64,000 nucleotides of DNA from Thermodesulfobacteriota bacterium. GTDB lineage: Bacteria > Desulfobacterota > Binatia > Bin18. The position numbers were made by a program, and so were the translations under genes. The notes below the pieces were generated by a model. It was not told the origin of the DNA. It worked only from the letters and a program-made list of their open reading frames with translations, and did no database searches. Positions within the stretch are counted from its first letter, which is position 1, and each line of letters starts with the position of its first letter. Shown one piece after another: positions 26,448 through 36,801 of the stretch. The stretch lies in assembly GCA_964291405.2 (NCBI GenBank), contig OZ219926.1, forward strand, positions 4,736,001-4,800,000, in the 5' to 3' direction.

Positions 26448-28363
26448 TACACGTCTACGTCTTCGACCCGAGGCGCCCGCTCCATGATAAAGCTGAAGCG
26501 CGGCTGGACATCTTTGCCCATCAGGGTCTGGATGGCTTTTTCGGTTCGTTCGACGTCCTGAATAGAGACCCGGAGCAAGGTACGCGTACGCGGGTCGAGG
26601 GTCGTTTCCTTGAGAGTGTGCGGATTCATCTCCCCCAGGCCCTTAAAACGCTGGACTTGGGCCTTGCCGGCATGCCCGTTTTGCTGAGCCAGCAGGCGCT
26701 CCTTGGCCGCATCATCGTCCGCCCAATGGACTTCCTTGCCGACCTCGATTTTATACAGCGGTGGCTTGGCAATATAGACACAGCCGGCTCGAATCAGTTC
26801 GTGTAGGTGACGGTAGAAAAAGGTCAACAGGAGTGTACAGATGTGGTTGCCGTCCGAATCGGCGTCCATCAACAGGCAGACTTTGTGATAGCGGAGCTTG
26901 GACAGGTCAAACGCCTTGCCCACGCCACAGCCCAAGGCCGACACAATGTCGTTTAACTCTTTATTGGTCAGGATTTTATTGAGTGAGGCCTGTTCCGTAT
27001 TCAATACCTTGCCGCGTAGCGGCAGAATAGCTTGAAAGCCCCGGTCCCGGCCCTGCTTGGCCGAGCCGCCGGCGGAATCTCCCTCAACAATGAAGAGTTC
27101 GCTGTTGGCCGGGTTGGTTGAGGAGCAGTCGGCCAGCTTGCCGGGCAGGTTCAGACGATGGGAGACCGACCCCTTACTCCGCACGGTTTCCAAGGCCGCG
27201 CGTGAGGCCGAGCGCGCGCGGGCCGCCAATATCACCCGCTGGGCAATCGTTTCCGCCTGGGAGCGGTTATGGAGCAGAAAATTCTCCAGGGTGGTCCGAA
27301 CCATACCGTCAATTTGCGCCGTTGCTTCCGGGTTGCCGAGTTTTTCTTTGGTCTGACCCTGAAACTGCGGATGTTTGAGATACAGGCTGAGAATGGCGAC
27401 CAGCCCTTCGCGCGTGTCGTCGGCCGTAATCGATACCCCTTTGGGCGTCAGATTGTTGACGTTAATGTAATTGCGAACCGCCTTGACAATCGCGGTTTTT
27501 AAGCCGGCTTCATGCGTACCGCCGAAGGGGGTGGGAATACCGTTCACAAACGAGTGGATGCGTTCTTCCGGTGATTCCGTCCAGGTCAACACACATTCCA
27601 GCGGGGGCGAGGCGGCGCGTTCAATGTGAAAGATGTCCTGAATAACCGCCTTTTTATCGCTGTCGGTGAGCAGCTTGCGGAGATATGCCTTGAGGCCGTC
27701 TTGATACAGGAATTGCTGGGTTTGCCCGTTTGTCTCGTTCCGAAAGACGAGTATCAGCCCCTTGTGCAGATAGGCTTTGGATTCCAATCTTTCGGCAATA
27801 CGCTCGGATTTGAAGGTAATGGACGGAAAAATATCGGGGTCGGGGTGAAAGGTAAGGGTGGTGCCATGGCCGCGCGCGCCACCCACGTTTTTAAGTGGCG
27901 TGGTGGCCTTGCCGCGACGAAAGCGTTGTTCCCATTCCACCCCATCTCGACGGATACGGACAACCATACGGTCAGCCAGGGCGTTGACGACGGAAGCCCC
28001 CACGCCGTGCAGCCCTCCGGAATGGGCGTAATTCTGATCGCCGAATTTCCCGCCAGCGTGCAGGGTGGTCAGGATCAGCTCCAGGGCGGGCTTCTTGAAC
28101 TGCGGATGGAGGTCTACCGGAATCCCCCGCCCGTTATCGGCCACGGTGACGGTCGAGCCATCCTTATGCAGGGTCACCTCAATACGACTGGCATGGCCGT
28201 TCATGGCTTCATCTACCGCGTTGTCGAGGAGTTCCCAGACAAGGTGGTGCAGCCCGGTTATATCAACTCCGCCGATATACATTCCGGGCCGTTTGCGAAC
28301 CGGATCGAGACCCTCAAGAACGGTAATATCTTTTGCCGTGTAGGCTTGTTTTTGCGCTGCCAT
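26447..28363 (-). CDS. parE: Type IIA topoisomerase B subunit (ParE-like)
   Basis: RKRPGMYIG, ELLDNAVDE, GGLHGVG, VEGDSAGG, PLRGK, DADSDG, RFKGLGEM; short form without the gyrase insertion. Confidence 0.85.
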   Translation of the reverse strand: MAAQKQAYTAKDITVLEGLDPVRKRPGMYIGGVDITGLHHLVWELLDNAVDEAMNGHASRIEVTLHKDGSTVTVADNGRGIPVDLHPQFKKPALELILTTLHAGGKFGDQNYAHSGGLHGVGASVVNALADRMVVRIRRDGVEWEQRFRRGKATTPLKNVGGARGHGTTLTFHPDPDIFPSITFKSERIAERLESKAYLHKGLILVFRNETNGQTQQFLYQDGLKAYLRKLLTDSDKKAVIQDIFHIERAASPPLECVLTWTESPEERIHSFVNGIPTPFGGTHEAGLKTAIVKAVRNYINVNNLTPKGVSITADDTREGLVAILSLYLKHPQFQGQTKEKLGNPEATAQIDGMVRTTLENFLLHNRSQAETIAQRVILAARARSASRAALETVRSKGSVSHRLNLPGKLADCSSTNPANSELFIVEGDSAGGSAKQGRDRGFQAILPLRGKVLNTEQASLNKILTNKELNDIVSALGCGVGKAFDLSKLRYHKVCLLMDADSDGNHICTLLLTFFYRHLHELIRAGCVYIAKPPLYKIEVGKEVHWADDDAAKERLLAQQNGHAGKAQVQRFKGLGEMNPHTLKETTLDPRTRTLLRVSIQDVERTEKAIQTLMGKDVQPRFSFIMERAPRVEDVDV

Positions 28364-28364
28364 A

Positions 28365-30749
28365 TTACACTCCAGCCCCCTCCACTCCACCATTCGAGCC
28401 GCTCCGGGCGCCGCTTTGTTGCACGCCCACCAGCACCGAGCGCTTGACTACCCGCCGGCCCTTTCCGGCCCGTTTGCCTAACGGAATATCCCGCAGTGGA
28501 ATTTTACGCTCTTTCCCGTCTTTATTGATAACCGTCACACCCGTGCCCGGTTCGCTCGTGACCGCTCCAACCAAGCGGTCGTCCGTATCCAGGCGCATGA
28601 GAATCACCCCACGGCCGGCTCCCGATAACTCGGTAATATCTTCGGTGGGAAAGGCCAATAGATATCCAGCCGCAGTGGCACACACCGTTCGGCCACTGCC
28701 CGCCGGCCGGACGGTAATGACTTCGTCATCGACGGACAAACGCGCGATTTTTCTCCCGTTGCGGGTGGTTTCTTCGACATTGGGTTCAAAACGAAAACCC
28801 AGGCCCTTGGCCGTCGCCAGGAGCAAGGCCGGTCCTCGCTCGTCAACGGACTGGGGGGAGGCACTGAGCGTAAACAGATCGTCCTGGCTCGGCTTGGCCG
28901 CTTCCGCCCCGTTCTGCTGGGCCGGGTTTTCCGGCGGGCGGTCCGGGATAAGGCGAATCGTCACAACCTGTTCCCCATCCTGAAAATTGAACAGGGTCTG
29001 GATGGGCTCTCCATAGCCGGTGGTTGCCGGTACGGTGTTAATGCGGATGACGTAGAGCATGCCTCGGTTGGTGAAAACGGCCAGGCGATCACGGGTTGTC
29101 CCCTGAAGAACGGCTTTGAGGTTGTCGCCCTCCCGGAGACGGGTGCTCGTCGGATCCTTGAGTTCTCTGACGCGCTTAATCCAGCCATCCCGGCTGAGGA
29201 CGACTGTGGCTTCCTCATGGACAATATAGGCGTCCGGATCGTAGTTGAGCTGTTCGCCCGAGCGCAGGGCCGTCCGGCGTCGATCACCGTACTGCTTGCC
29301 CAGCGCTTCCAGTTCGTCCCGTATGATCGTCCAGCGCTGGCCTTCACTCCTCAACAACCGGCGCAACTCCTGGGCGCGGGCTTCTTTCTCCCGGCGTTCG
29401 GTCTGAATTTTTTCGACTTCCAGGCGGGCGAGCTGGTAGAGGCGAATATCGAGAATGGCGTCGGCCTGGATCTCGGTCAATTGAAAACTCTGCTGGAGTT
29501 TTTCCCGCGCGTCCTTGCGGGAAGCCGCATTCCGGATGAGGCGGATGACGGTGTCGAGCTGGTCGGCAATGAGGGCCAGACCGGCAAGAATATGCAGGCG
29601 GGTTTCCAACTCGTCTAACTCATGCTCAAAGCGTTTGGTGACCACCGCAAAACGGAAGTCCAGGAAGTGTCGACACAGGTCGGACAGGGTGGCGCGCAGG
29701 GGTTGACCGACTTCCGGGTTGCCGGTTGGAACCAGACAGGTCAGGTTGACCGAAAAGGAGGTTTGCAGCGACGTATGCCGACATAAATACGCCATGGCGA
29801 GTTCGTCCGAGGTGTTGCCTTTGAGCTCAAGGACAATGCGGATGTCGTCGGTTGATTCGTCCCGGACATCGATGACCTGCGGGATTTTCCGGCTGCTGAC
29901 GAATTCGGCGATCTTTTCCACCAGTTGAGCCTTGTTGACGGTATACGGCAGGGAGGTAATGACGACCTGACGCTTGCCGCGCGGCAGGCTCTCGACCTTC
30001 CACTCCCCGCGCAGTTTGATCGTCCCCTGGCCCTTTTCATACATCTCGCGCAGCTCGCGCTTGCTGGTCAGGATTTCCCCTCCGGTTGGAAAATCCGGGC
30101 CTTTGATATATTTGAGCAATCCCGCGCTGGTCAGCGTCGGGTCATCAATCAGAGCCAGCAGGGCCTTGATGACTTCCGTAAAATTATGGGGCGGAATGCT
30201 GGTGGCCATGCCAACCGCAATGCCGCTGGCGCCGTTGAGCAGGAGTTGGGGAATGCCGGACGGCAGGACGACCGGCTCGTCCAGGGTGGCGTCATAGTTG
30301 GGGCGATAAGGTATGGTTGCGCCGCGCAGGTCGCGGAACAGCTCTTCGGATAACGGGGCGAGCTTGGCTTCGGTGTAGCGCATGGCCGCCGCGCCATCGC
30401 CATCGAGCGAGCCGAAATTGCCTTCTCCCTGCACCAGCGGATAGCGGAGCGAGAACGGCTGTGCCAAGCGCACCATGGCCTCATAGGCGGCCTGGTCCCC
30501 ATGCGGATGATATTTGCCCAGAACCTCACCCACCACCGCAGCGGATTTGCGCGGCCGGGCATCGCCTCCGAGCCGCAGGTTTTGGTGCATGGCGTACAGC
30601 AGCCGGCGCTGGACCGGCTTGAGACCGTCACGGATGTCGGGTAGGGCCCGCGAGGTAATCACGCTCAGGGCGTAATTCAGATAGCGCGCTTCCGCTTCAG
30701 CCCCGAGGTCTGTGGTCAGGATTTGTTCCGCCACCGCCGCTTTCTTCAT
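28365..30749 (-). CDS. parC: Type IIA topoisomerase A subunit (ParC-like)
   Basis: [28 protein letters not shown]; no recognisable GyrA-box. Confidence 0.85.
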   Translation of the reverse strand: MKKAAVAEQILTTDLGAEAEARYLNYALSVITSRALPDIRDGLKPVQRRLLYAMHQNLRLGGDARPRKSAAVVGEVLGKYHPHGDQAAYEAMVRLAQPFSLRYPLVQGEGNFGSLDGDGAAAMRYTEAKLAPLSEELFRDLRGATIPYRPNYDATLDEPVVLPSGIPQLLLNGASGIAVGMATSIPPHNFTEVIKALLALIDDPTLTSAGLLKYIKGPDFPTGGEILTSKRELREMYEKGQGTIKLRGEWKVESLPRGKRQVVITSLPYTVNKAQLVEKIAEFVSSRKIPQVIDVRDESTDDIRIVLELKGNTSDELAMAYLCRHTSLQTSFSVNLTCLVPTGNPEVGQPLRATLSDLCRHFLDFRFAVVTKRFEHELDELETRLHILAGLALIADQLDTVIRLIRNAASRKDAREKLQQSFQLTEIQADAILDIRLYQLARLEVEKIQTERREKEARAQELRRLLRSEGQRWTIIRDELEALGKQYGDRRRTALRSGEQLNYDPDAYIVHEEATVVLSRDGWIKRVRELKDPTSTRLREGDNLKAVLQGTTRDRLAVFTNRGMLYVIRINTVPATTGYGEPIQTLFNFQDGEQVVTIRLIPDRPPENPAQQNGAEAAKPSQDDLFTLSASPQSVDERGPALLLATAKGLGFRFEPNVEETTRNGRKIARLSVDDEVITVRPAGSGRTVCATAAGYLLAFPTEDITELSGAGRGVILMRLDTDDRLVGAVTSEPGTGVTVINKDGKERKIPLRDIPLGKRAGKGRRVVKRSVLVGVQQSGARSGSNGGVEGAGV

Positions 30750-30829
30750 ACATCCACCTCCACCCACCGGATTATAGGCGAAGTCACGCCTGGTTCCAAC
30801 GACCGAGGGAACGGCCGCTCACCCAGTAC

Positions 30830-31693
30830 CTATTCTTGCAAAGGACCAAAAAACTCCCGGGCTTGGGCAATCACAAAATCCGGCTTTTCTTCCGCAATAA
30901 AGTGCCCGCACTCTTCGACCTGGCCGCCTTCGACGTTGTCTGCCACGCCTTGCCAGATCGGCACAAGATTACCCAGAAAGGTCTGGCCGCCCCAGGCTCG
31001 GACCGGCATCTTGAGTTTTTCCGTGCATGAACTCAGGTTCTCCAGATCTTCATTGATGCCCGTGCGGTAATACTGGAACCCGGCGCGCAGCGCCCCCGGT
31101 GCGGAATAGACCCGGACGTATTCAGCCACATCCTCGTCTGTGAACACCTTTGGGCTGTAATTGTACACGGTCGAATTATAGAAATGCCGTAAATAAGTTT
31201 CGACATTATTGCTGACCAGCTTTTCGGCCAGGTCGGGCATGCCGGCGTGAAAGAAGACGTGCCACAGCCGCTGGGCAACCCCGATGTCCATCTTTTCGCC
31301 CTTGCGACCCAGACCCGGAATCATATCCAGGATCATCAGTCGCTCGACCATTTCCGGGTGATCGTAAGCCAGATAGTAGGTGACCGCGCCACCCCAGTCA
31401 TGGCCGGTCAGGCCGATTTTCTCAAAGCCGAGTGATTTAACGAGTTCATATACATCCGAGGCCAAGGTGCGTTTGTCATAGCCGCTCAGCGGGCGCTCGG
31501 AATCTCCCAAGCCTCGCAAGTCGGGTGTGATGACCGTGAACTGCTCCGACAACGGGCCGATGATCTTGTGCCACTCATAGCTGCTCTGCGGCCAGCCGTG
31601 AACAAAAACCAGGGGGTAGCCTGATCCGGCAATCACATAGTGCATCCGAAAGCCGTTGACCGTTGCCACATGATGGGTGCCTGTGTCTGTCAT
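30830..31693 (-). CDS. Alpha/beta hydrolase (epoxide hydrolase-like)
   Basis: HGWP, GHDWGG, catalytic His in CGHF; AAGGAG RBS before ATG 31693. Confidence 0.88.
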   Translation of the reverse strand: MTDTGTHHVATVNGFRMHYVIAGSGYPLVFVHGWPQSSYEWHKIIGPLSEQFTVITPDLRGLGDSERPLSGYDKRTLASDVYELVKSLGFEKIGLTGHDWGGAVTYYLAYDHPEMVERLMILDMIPGLGRKGEKMDIGVAQRLWHVFFHAGMPDLAEKLVSNNVETYLRHFYNSTVYNYSPKVFTDEDVAEYVRVYSAPGALRAGFQYYRTGINEDLENLSSCTEKLKMPVRAWGGQTFLGNLVPIWQGVADNVEGGQVEECGHFIAEEKPDFVIAQAREFFGPLQE

Positions 31694-31793
31694 ACTTGTA
31701 CTCCTTTTATTCCTGTTTTGTATCCGAAGCCCGGAACGGACAGCAAGAGGAGTGGGGCTGCTGCTGTCCGTTCCGTGTGATAATTGGTGAGCT

Positions 31794-32828
31794 ATGGAGA
31801 CGCCGGTTTTTCTGCGCGCCTGCCGGGGAGAGCCAACCCCGTACACCCCCGTCTGGCTCATGCGACAGGCCGGGCGGTACATGGCCGAATACCGGGCGTT
31901 GCGCGAACGCGTGCCTTTTCTCGAATTGTGCAAGACGCCTGACCTGGCCGCACAGGTAACGCTTGAAGCGGTTGAACGCCTGGGTGTGGATGCTGCCATT
32001 CTCTTTTCGGATATACTCCTCATTGTTGAACCCATGGGCGTTGGACTGGAATTTTCTGCAGGTGACGGTCCTGTGATTCATCGCCCGGTTCGTTCGGGCC
32101 AAGATATTGGCGCTCTACGTGAGGCGCTGCCCGAAGAATCCGTCCCCTTTGTATTTGAAACAGTCCGCAAGATCCGCAGCAGCTTGCCCAGCCATATCCC
32201 TCTGATCGGCTTCTCGGGCGCGCCCTTCACCCTGGCGTCGTATTTGATTGAGGGCGGCGCATCACGTCAGTATCTGGAAACCAAGCGCCTCATGTATCAG
32301 GACTCCGGGGCCTGGAACGCGCTGATGGATCAATTGGTGCGTGCTATCACCGCCTATGTAAATGCTCAGATTACGGCCGGTGCGCAGGCCATTCAGCTCT
32401 TCGATTCCTGGGTTGGCTGTCTGGCCCCCCAGGACTATCGAACCTTTTTGTTACCCCATATGCAGACGCTCATCCAAGGAGTGACGCCGGGTGTTCCCCT
32501 CATTCATTTCGGCACGGGCACGGCCGGCATTCTGGAACTGCTGGCCGAAGCGGGTGGGGATGTGATTGGGGTGGACTGGCGAACCGATCTTGATGTGGCC
32601 TGGGAGCGGATCGGTGCAGACCGAGCCGTCCAGGGCAATCTTGATCCATTGGCTCTTTTTGCTCCTCTGGATACCTTACGCCAACAGGTGCAACGTATTC
32701 TGGATCAGGCCAGGGGCAGAGAGGGCCATATTTTCAACCTGGGACACGGCATTGTACCACAAACTCCGGTGGATAATGTGATTGCGCTGGTCGATATGGT
32801 GCACGAATTTTCGAGTCGGACAGGGTGA
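31794..32828 (+). CDS. hemE: Uroporphyrinogen decarboxylase
   Basis: PVWLMRQAGRY, FSDIL, GAPFTLASY, FNLGHG. Confidence 0.97.
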   Translation: METPVFLRACRGEPTPYTPVWLMRQAGRYMAEYRALRERVPFLELCKTPDLAAQVTLEAVERLGVDAAILFSDILLIVEPMGVGLEFSAGDGPVIHRPVRSGQDIGALREALPEESVPFVFETVRKIRSSLPSHIPLIGFSGAPFTLASYLIEGGASRQYLETKRLMYQDSGAWNALMDQLVRAITAYVNAQITAGAQAIQLFDSWVGCLAPQDYRTFLLPHMQTLIQGVTPGVPLIHFGTGTAGILELLAEAGGDVIGVDWRTDLDVAWERIGADRAVQGNLDPLALFAPLDTLRQQVQRILDQARGREGHIFNLGHGIVPQTPVDNVIALVDMVHEFSSRTG

Positions 32829-32870
32829 TAGTCCCGGCGTCAAAAAGGCGCAAATCACAGCCTATTTCCT

Positions 32871-33796
32871 ATGCAATACGACGCCGTTCTTTTGATTGCC
32901 TTTGGCGGGCCGGAAAAAATGGATGACGTGCGGCCCTTTTTGGCGAATGTCCTGCGCGGTCGTCCCGTACCGCCGGCCCGACTGCAAGAAGTTGTCCGAC
33001 ACTACGAGGTGTTTGACGGTCGCTCGCCCTTGAACGAGATTACCTTTCGTCAAGCGGAAGCAGTCCGACGCTATCTGGCCCAAGAAGGTCAGTCGCTGCC
33101 GGTATATGTCGGCATGCGGAACTGGCATCCCTATATAGCCGAGACCCTGGAACAGATGGGGCGGGACGGAGTGAAAAACACCGTTGGCTTCATTCTCTCC
33201 GCTCAGCAGAGCGAGGCCGGCTGGGAGCGGTATAAGATGAATGTGGCAGAGGCCAGAGAAAGGGTGGGGCCGCTCGCGCCCCAGGTGAGCTTTACCGCTG
33301 GCTGGTATAATCACCCCTTATTCATTCAGGCGGTGGCCGATTTGACGAAACAAGCGTTCTTCGTCTCTTCCGGCGGACCGTCGTGGGGCGGACTCCTCTG
33401 GTCTATACCGCCCATAGTGTGCCGACCTCCATGCCGAGCAGCCGGGAATACGTCCGACAGGTCGAAGAGGGCGCGCGTCTGGTCGCAGCGTGCATTGGGC
33501 ACAAAAACTGGTCGGTAGCCTATCAGAGTCGGAGCGGCCCGCCCCAGATGCCGTGGCTGGAGCCGGATATAGGCGATGTGCTCAAGGAGCTTGCCGCTCA
33601 GGGGGTGTACGATGTCGTCGTCGTGCCCATCGGCTTTGTGTGTGACCACATCGAGGTCCTGTACGATCTGGATACGGAGGCGAGGGGGATTGCCGAAAGG
33701 AACGGCCTGAATATGATCCGTGCCCGGACGGTCAACGCGCATCCACACTTTATTCGGATGATCGCCGAGGTGGTCCGAGCGACCCTGAATCAATAG
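32871..33796 (+). CDS. hemH: Ferrochelatase, split by a frameshift near 33355-33390
   Basis: FGGPE, GMRNWHP in ORF 32871; TAHSVP, YQSRSG...WLEPD, GFVCDHIEVLYDLD in ORF 33383. Confidence 0.9.
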
Positions 33797-33835
33797 AGCG
33801 GGTGAGCGTCGTACAGCTCGACACGAAACTGTCGT

Positions 33836-35305
33836 ATGTCTCTTTCTCCAGAGAGCAATCCCAGAGTGCCCCATATCGTTATTGTCGGTGGTGGTATTGC
33901 CGGTCTGGCCGCAGCCTACAGACTCGAAGAATTGAGCCGAGAACGAGAGCAGCCGCTTCGATTTACGCTGTTGGAGGCCAGCGACCGGCTTGGCGGAGTC
34001 ATTGCAACGGAACAGAGAGATGATTTTCTGCTTGAACTCGGGCCAGATTCCTTTATCTCGGAAAAACCCTGGGCTTTAGCCCTGTGTCGTCGCCTGGGGC
34101 TTGAGCCGGAACTCCTGGGGACCAACGACGCGCACCGTTCTACATTTGTTGTCCACAAAGGGAAGCTGGAGCCCCTGCCACAAGGGTTTATGTTACTGGC
34201 CCCCACCCAGTTTGGTCCCTTGATGCGCTCGCGTATTTTTTCCTGGTCGGGGAAATTGCGTATGGCGCTCGATCTCGTGCTGCCTCGTGCCAAGGGACAA
34301 AGTGATGAAAGCCTTGGCTCGTTTGTCCGGAGACGACTCGGGCGAGAAGCGCTCGAACGCATTGCGCAACCCCTTATTGGCGGCATCTATACGGCCGACC
34401 CTGACCAACTCAGTCTTGCCTCGACCATGCCGCGTTTTCTGCAAATGGAGCGTGAGCATCGGAGCGTGATTTATGCGCTCTGGCGAAGGGCTCGTCGTAA
34501 TCCCCATACGACAAAGGGCACGAGCGGCGCGCGCTGGAGTTTGTTTGTCACCCTGCAAACCGGCATGCAGTGCCTCGTTTCTGCTCTGACCGAACGCCTC
34601 AGCCTCGGGACCCTGCGTCGGCGCTGTCCGGTAACGAGTGTCCGCTTTCAGCCGGTGGGATCGGACGAGACCCGCTGGACGGTGGACTGTGCCGACGGCT
34701 CCAGCCTCCACGCCGATGGTTTGGTACTGGCAACGCCGGCCTTTGCCGCGGCACAGCTTGTGCATGGGTTTGACCGCGCTTTGAGCCAGCACCTTTCTGG
34801 TATTCTCTACAGTTCCACGGCCACGGTGAATATGGCCTACCGTCGCGACCAGATTCCCCATCCGCTGAACGGGTTCGGTTTTGTGGTGCCACGGGTGGAG
34901 CAGCGTTCCATTCTTGCCGGGACTTTTTCGAGCGTGAAATACGCAGGACGCGCACCGAGCGACCATGCCCTATTACGTACCTTTGTGGGGGGAGCGCTCC
35001 AGGCCGAGCTGTTTGAGCGGGATGACGCTGAAATCCTCGCTCTGGTCCGTAGCGAGCTGAACCAGTTGCTTGGGATTGAAGCCGAACCCCTCCTGACCCG
35101 TATCGCCCGCTATCCGCAGTCCATGCCGCAGTACCGCGTCGGGCATCTTCAGCTCGTTGACGAGATCGAAGAACAAGTAGCCGGGCATCCGGGTCTGGCG
35201 CTTGCCGGCAACGCTTATCGTGGGGTTGGTCTGGCCGACTGTGTGCGGAGTGGAGAAGCCGCGGCTGAGGCGGTGTTTGCCGGGTGTATGGCCAAGCCGC
35301 TGTAG
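33836..35305 (+). CDS. hemY: HemY-type proto/coproporphyrinogen oxidase
   Basis: GGGIAGL, E.GPDSF, GGIY, GFGFVVP, MPQY..GH, GVGL.DC. Confidence 0.93.
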   Translation: MSLSPESNPRVPHIVIVGGGIAGLAAAYRLEELSREREQPLRFTLLEASDRLGGVIATEQRDDFLLELGPDSFISEKPWALALCRRLGLEPELLGTNDAHRSTFVVHKGKLEPLPQGFMLLAPTQFGPLMRSRIFSWSGKLRMALDLVLPRAKGQSDESLGSFVRRRLGREALERIAQPLIGGIYTADPDQLSLASTMPRFLQMEREHRSVIYALWRRARRNPHTTKGTSGARWSLFVTLQTGMQCLVSALTERLSLGTLRRRCPVTSVRFQPVGSDETRWTVDCADGSSLHADGLVLATPAFAAAQLVHGFDRALSQHLSGILYSSTATVNMAYRRDQIPHPLNGFGFVVPRVEQRSILAGTFSSVKYAGRAPSDHALLRTFVGGALQAELFERDDAEILALVRSELNQLLGIEAEPLLTRIARYPQSMPQYRVGHLQLVDEIEEQVAGHPGLALAGNAYRGVGLADCVRSGEAAAEAVFAGCMAKPL

Positions 35306-35317
35306 CCTCACTTTTCC

Positions 35318-35823
35318 CTATAGATCAAGCTCTCTTGTCATTTCGATAACGTGCAGGGAAGGGTAAGAGGGTAACAGATCGGTTTTCCCCGTAGGAACAA
35401 AACCTGAAGATTTATACAGTTTCATGGCCGGGCTATTACCGACGGTGACCCAGAGCCCCATGCGCTTCGCCCCCTGAGCGGTGGCCCAGGACATTGCCCT
35501 ATGAAGGAGTTGCTTGCCAATTCCTTTGCCACGTGCCGTGGGAGAAACCCACATGCTGCCACCTGAGCGACGTGTCTATCGGTGGTTTCCAGGTGTCCGT
35601 AGGTTATACCGACGGGCTCTTCATTGAGAAAAGCAATAAAGAATTCGTGATGTGAAAAGCGCAAATTTTTCGCAAGTTGCTGCCAGTACGCTTCCGGCTC
35701 GCCCTGAATTTCCTCAATTGTCTGGGCAAACGCATCAGGAGCATCCGTAAGCGCCCGCATCCGTAGTTCTCTCAGCAACTCCCATTCGTCTGTCTGTAAC
35801 GGCCTTATCGAGAGACTTTTCAT
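35318..35823 (-). CDS. GNAT acetyltransferase, frameshifted near 35558
   Basis: LR..AL.DAPDAF in one frame; MWVSP.ARGKGIG...N..A..LY...GF in the other. Adding one G restores ..QVGSMWV. Confidence 0.85.
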
Positions 35824-36036
35824 GGCCCTAATTCAAGATCATCAGTCATACCGTTACTGCGCTGTCAAGTGGAAGATAGGCGTATCCGAAAACAACACGA
35901 CTGCTTACATAGGTTGGCCTCGTGTGCCGACACTCGAACTCTCTCCCTTTATCTTTACTTAACGTTTACTTGAGTAGTCGGGGAGGGGTTGCTATGGTGC
36001 TGCCTTACTGTCGGTAATGGAGAGGGGTTGGGGCAA

Positions 36037-36801
36037 GTGATTCGGGTATTCCCCCGCATTGAGAACGCCAGGCTCATGGACCTGTTTCGGAAGGGCGTTG
36101 AGGGGCAGTGGTCAGCGGCCGAAATTGACTGGACGCAGCCGTTGTCGCTCGGTCGTCACGAACAGCGCGCTTTGGCCATGGTGCTGACTCCGATCTATCT
36201 GGGTGAGCAAACGGCCATGATTGGGGCCAGCTCGACCATCCCGCAGTGTTTCGCCGCCCATGAGACCGAAGCCCAACTCTATCTCTCCACCTTTCTTTTG
36301 GACGAAGCCCGCCATTTCGAGACCTTGACCCGCTTCTATAACACCCTGAACCAGCGTCCGCTCGAAGTCCGTCAGCTCAAAGATATGTTCCGCTATCAGG
36401 CGCGCCTGTTCAAATCACGGGATCGGATTGAATGGCTGTGGGGGATACTGCTCAGCGATATTCTGGCCCGCCATTTCTACAGCATCCTGGCGAAGGCCCA
36501 CCCCACCTCTCTCTTCGCCTCCATCGCGAATCGCATCTTACGCGACGAGGCCCGCCATCTGGCATTTGCCGAACTCTATCTCCGTGCCGTGTTGGAACGT
36601 GAACCGCAGTTCGGTCCGGTCTTTCTCAAGATGCGAGACGAACTACTCCGGCTGATGGAGGCGATGTATGAGGCCCTGAAAGCCGAGGCGCTGCTGATCG
36701 GCATTGATGGGCAGACTTTGTTCGGGAAGGTAAGGCGGGACATTGAGAACAAGGCCCGGCGGCTTCACCTCCCCGAAGCAGAAAGCCCGACAGAAGAATG
36801 A
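36037..36801 (+). CDS. Ferritin-like di-iron carboxylate protein (R2lox/AurF-like)
   Basis: QW....IDW, GE, DEARH, SD..A, DEARH ligand pattern. Confidence 0.8.
   Translation: MIRVFPRIENARLMDLFRKGVEGQWSAAEIDWTQPLSLGRHEQRALAMVLTPIYLGEQTAMIGASSTIPQCFAAHETEAQLYLSTFLLDEARHFETLTRFYNTLNQRPLEVRQLKDMFRYQARLFKSRDRIEWLWGILLSDILARHFYSILAKAHPTSLFASIANRILRDEARHLAFAELYLRAVLEREPQFGPVFLKMRDELLRLMEAMYEALKAEALLIGIDGQTLFGKVRRDIENKARRLHLPEAESPTEE

Noticed and set aside
33355-33390. Programmed frameshift or phase variation in hemH, GNAT or hsdM
   Set aside because: No slippery heptamer or long homopolymer; the runs are 2-4 nt, so indel errors or point lesions are simpler.
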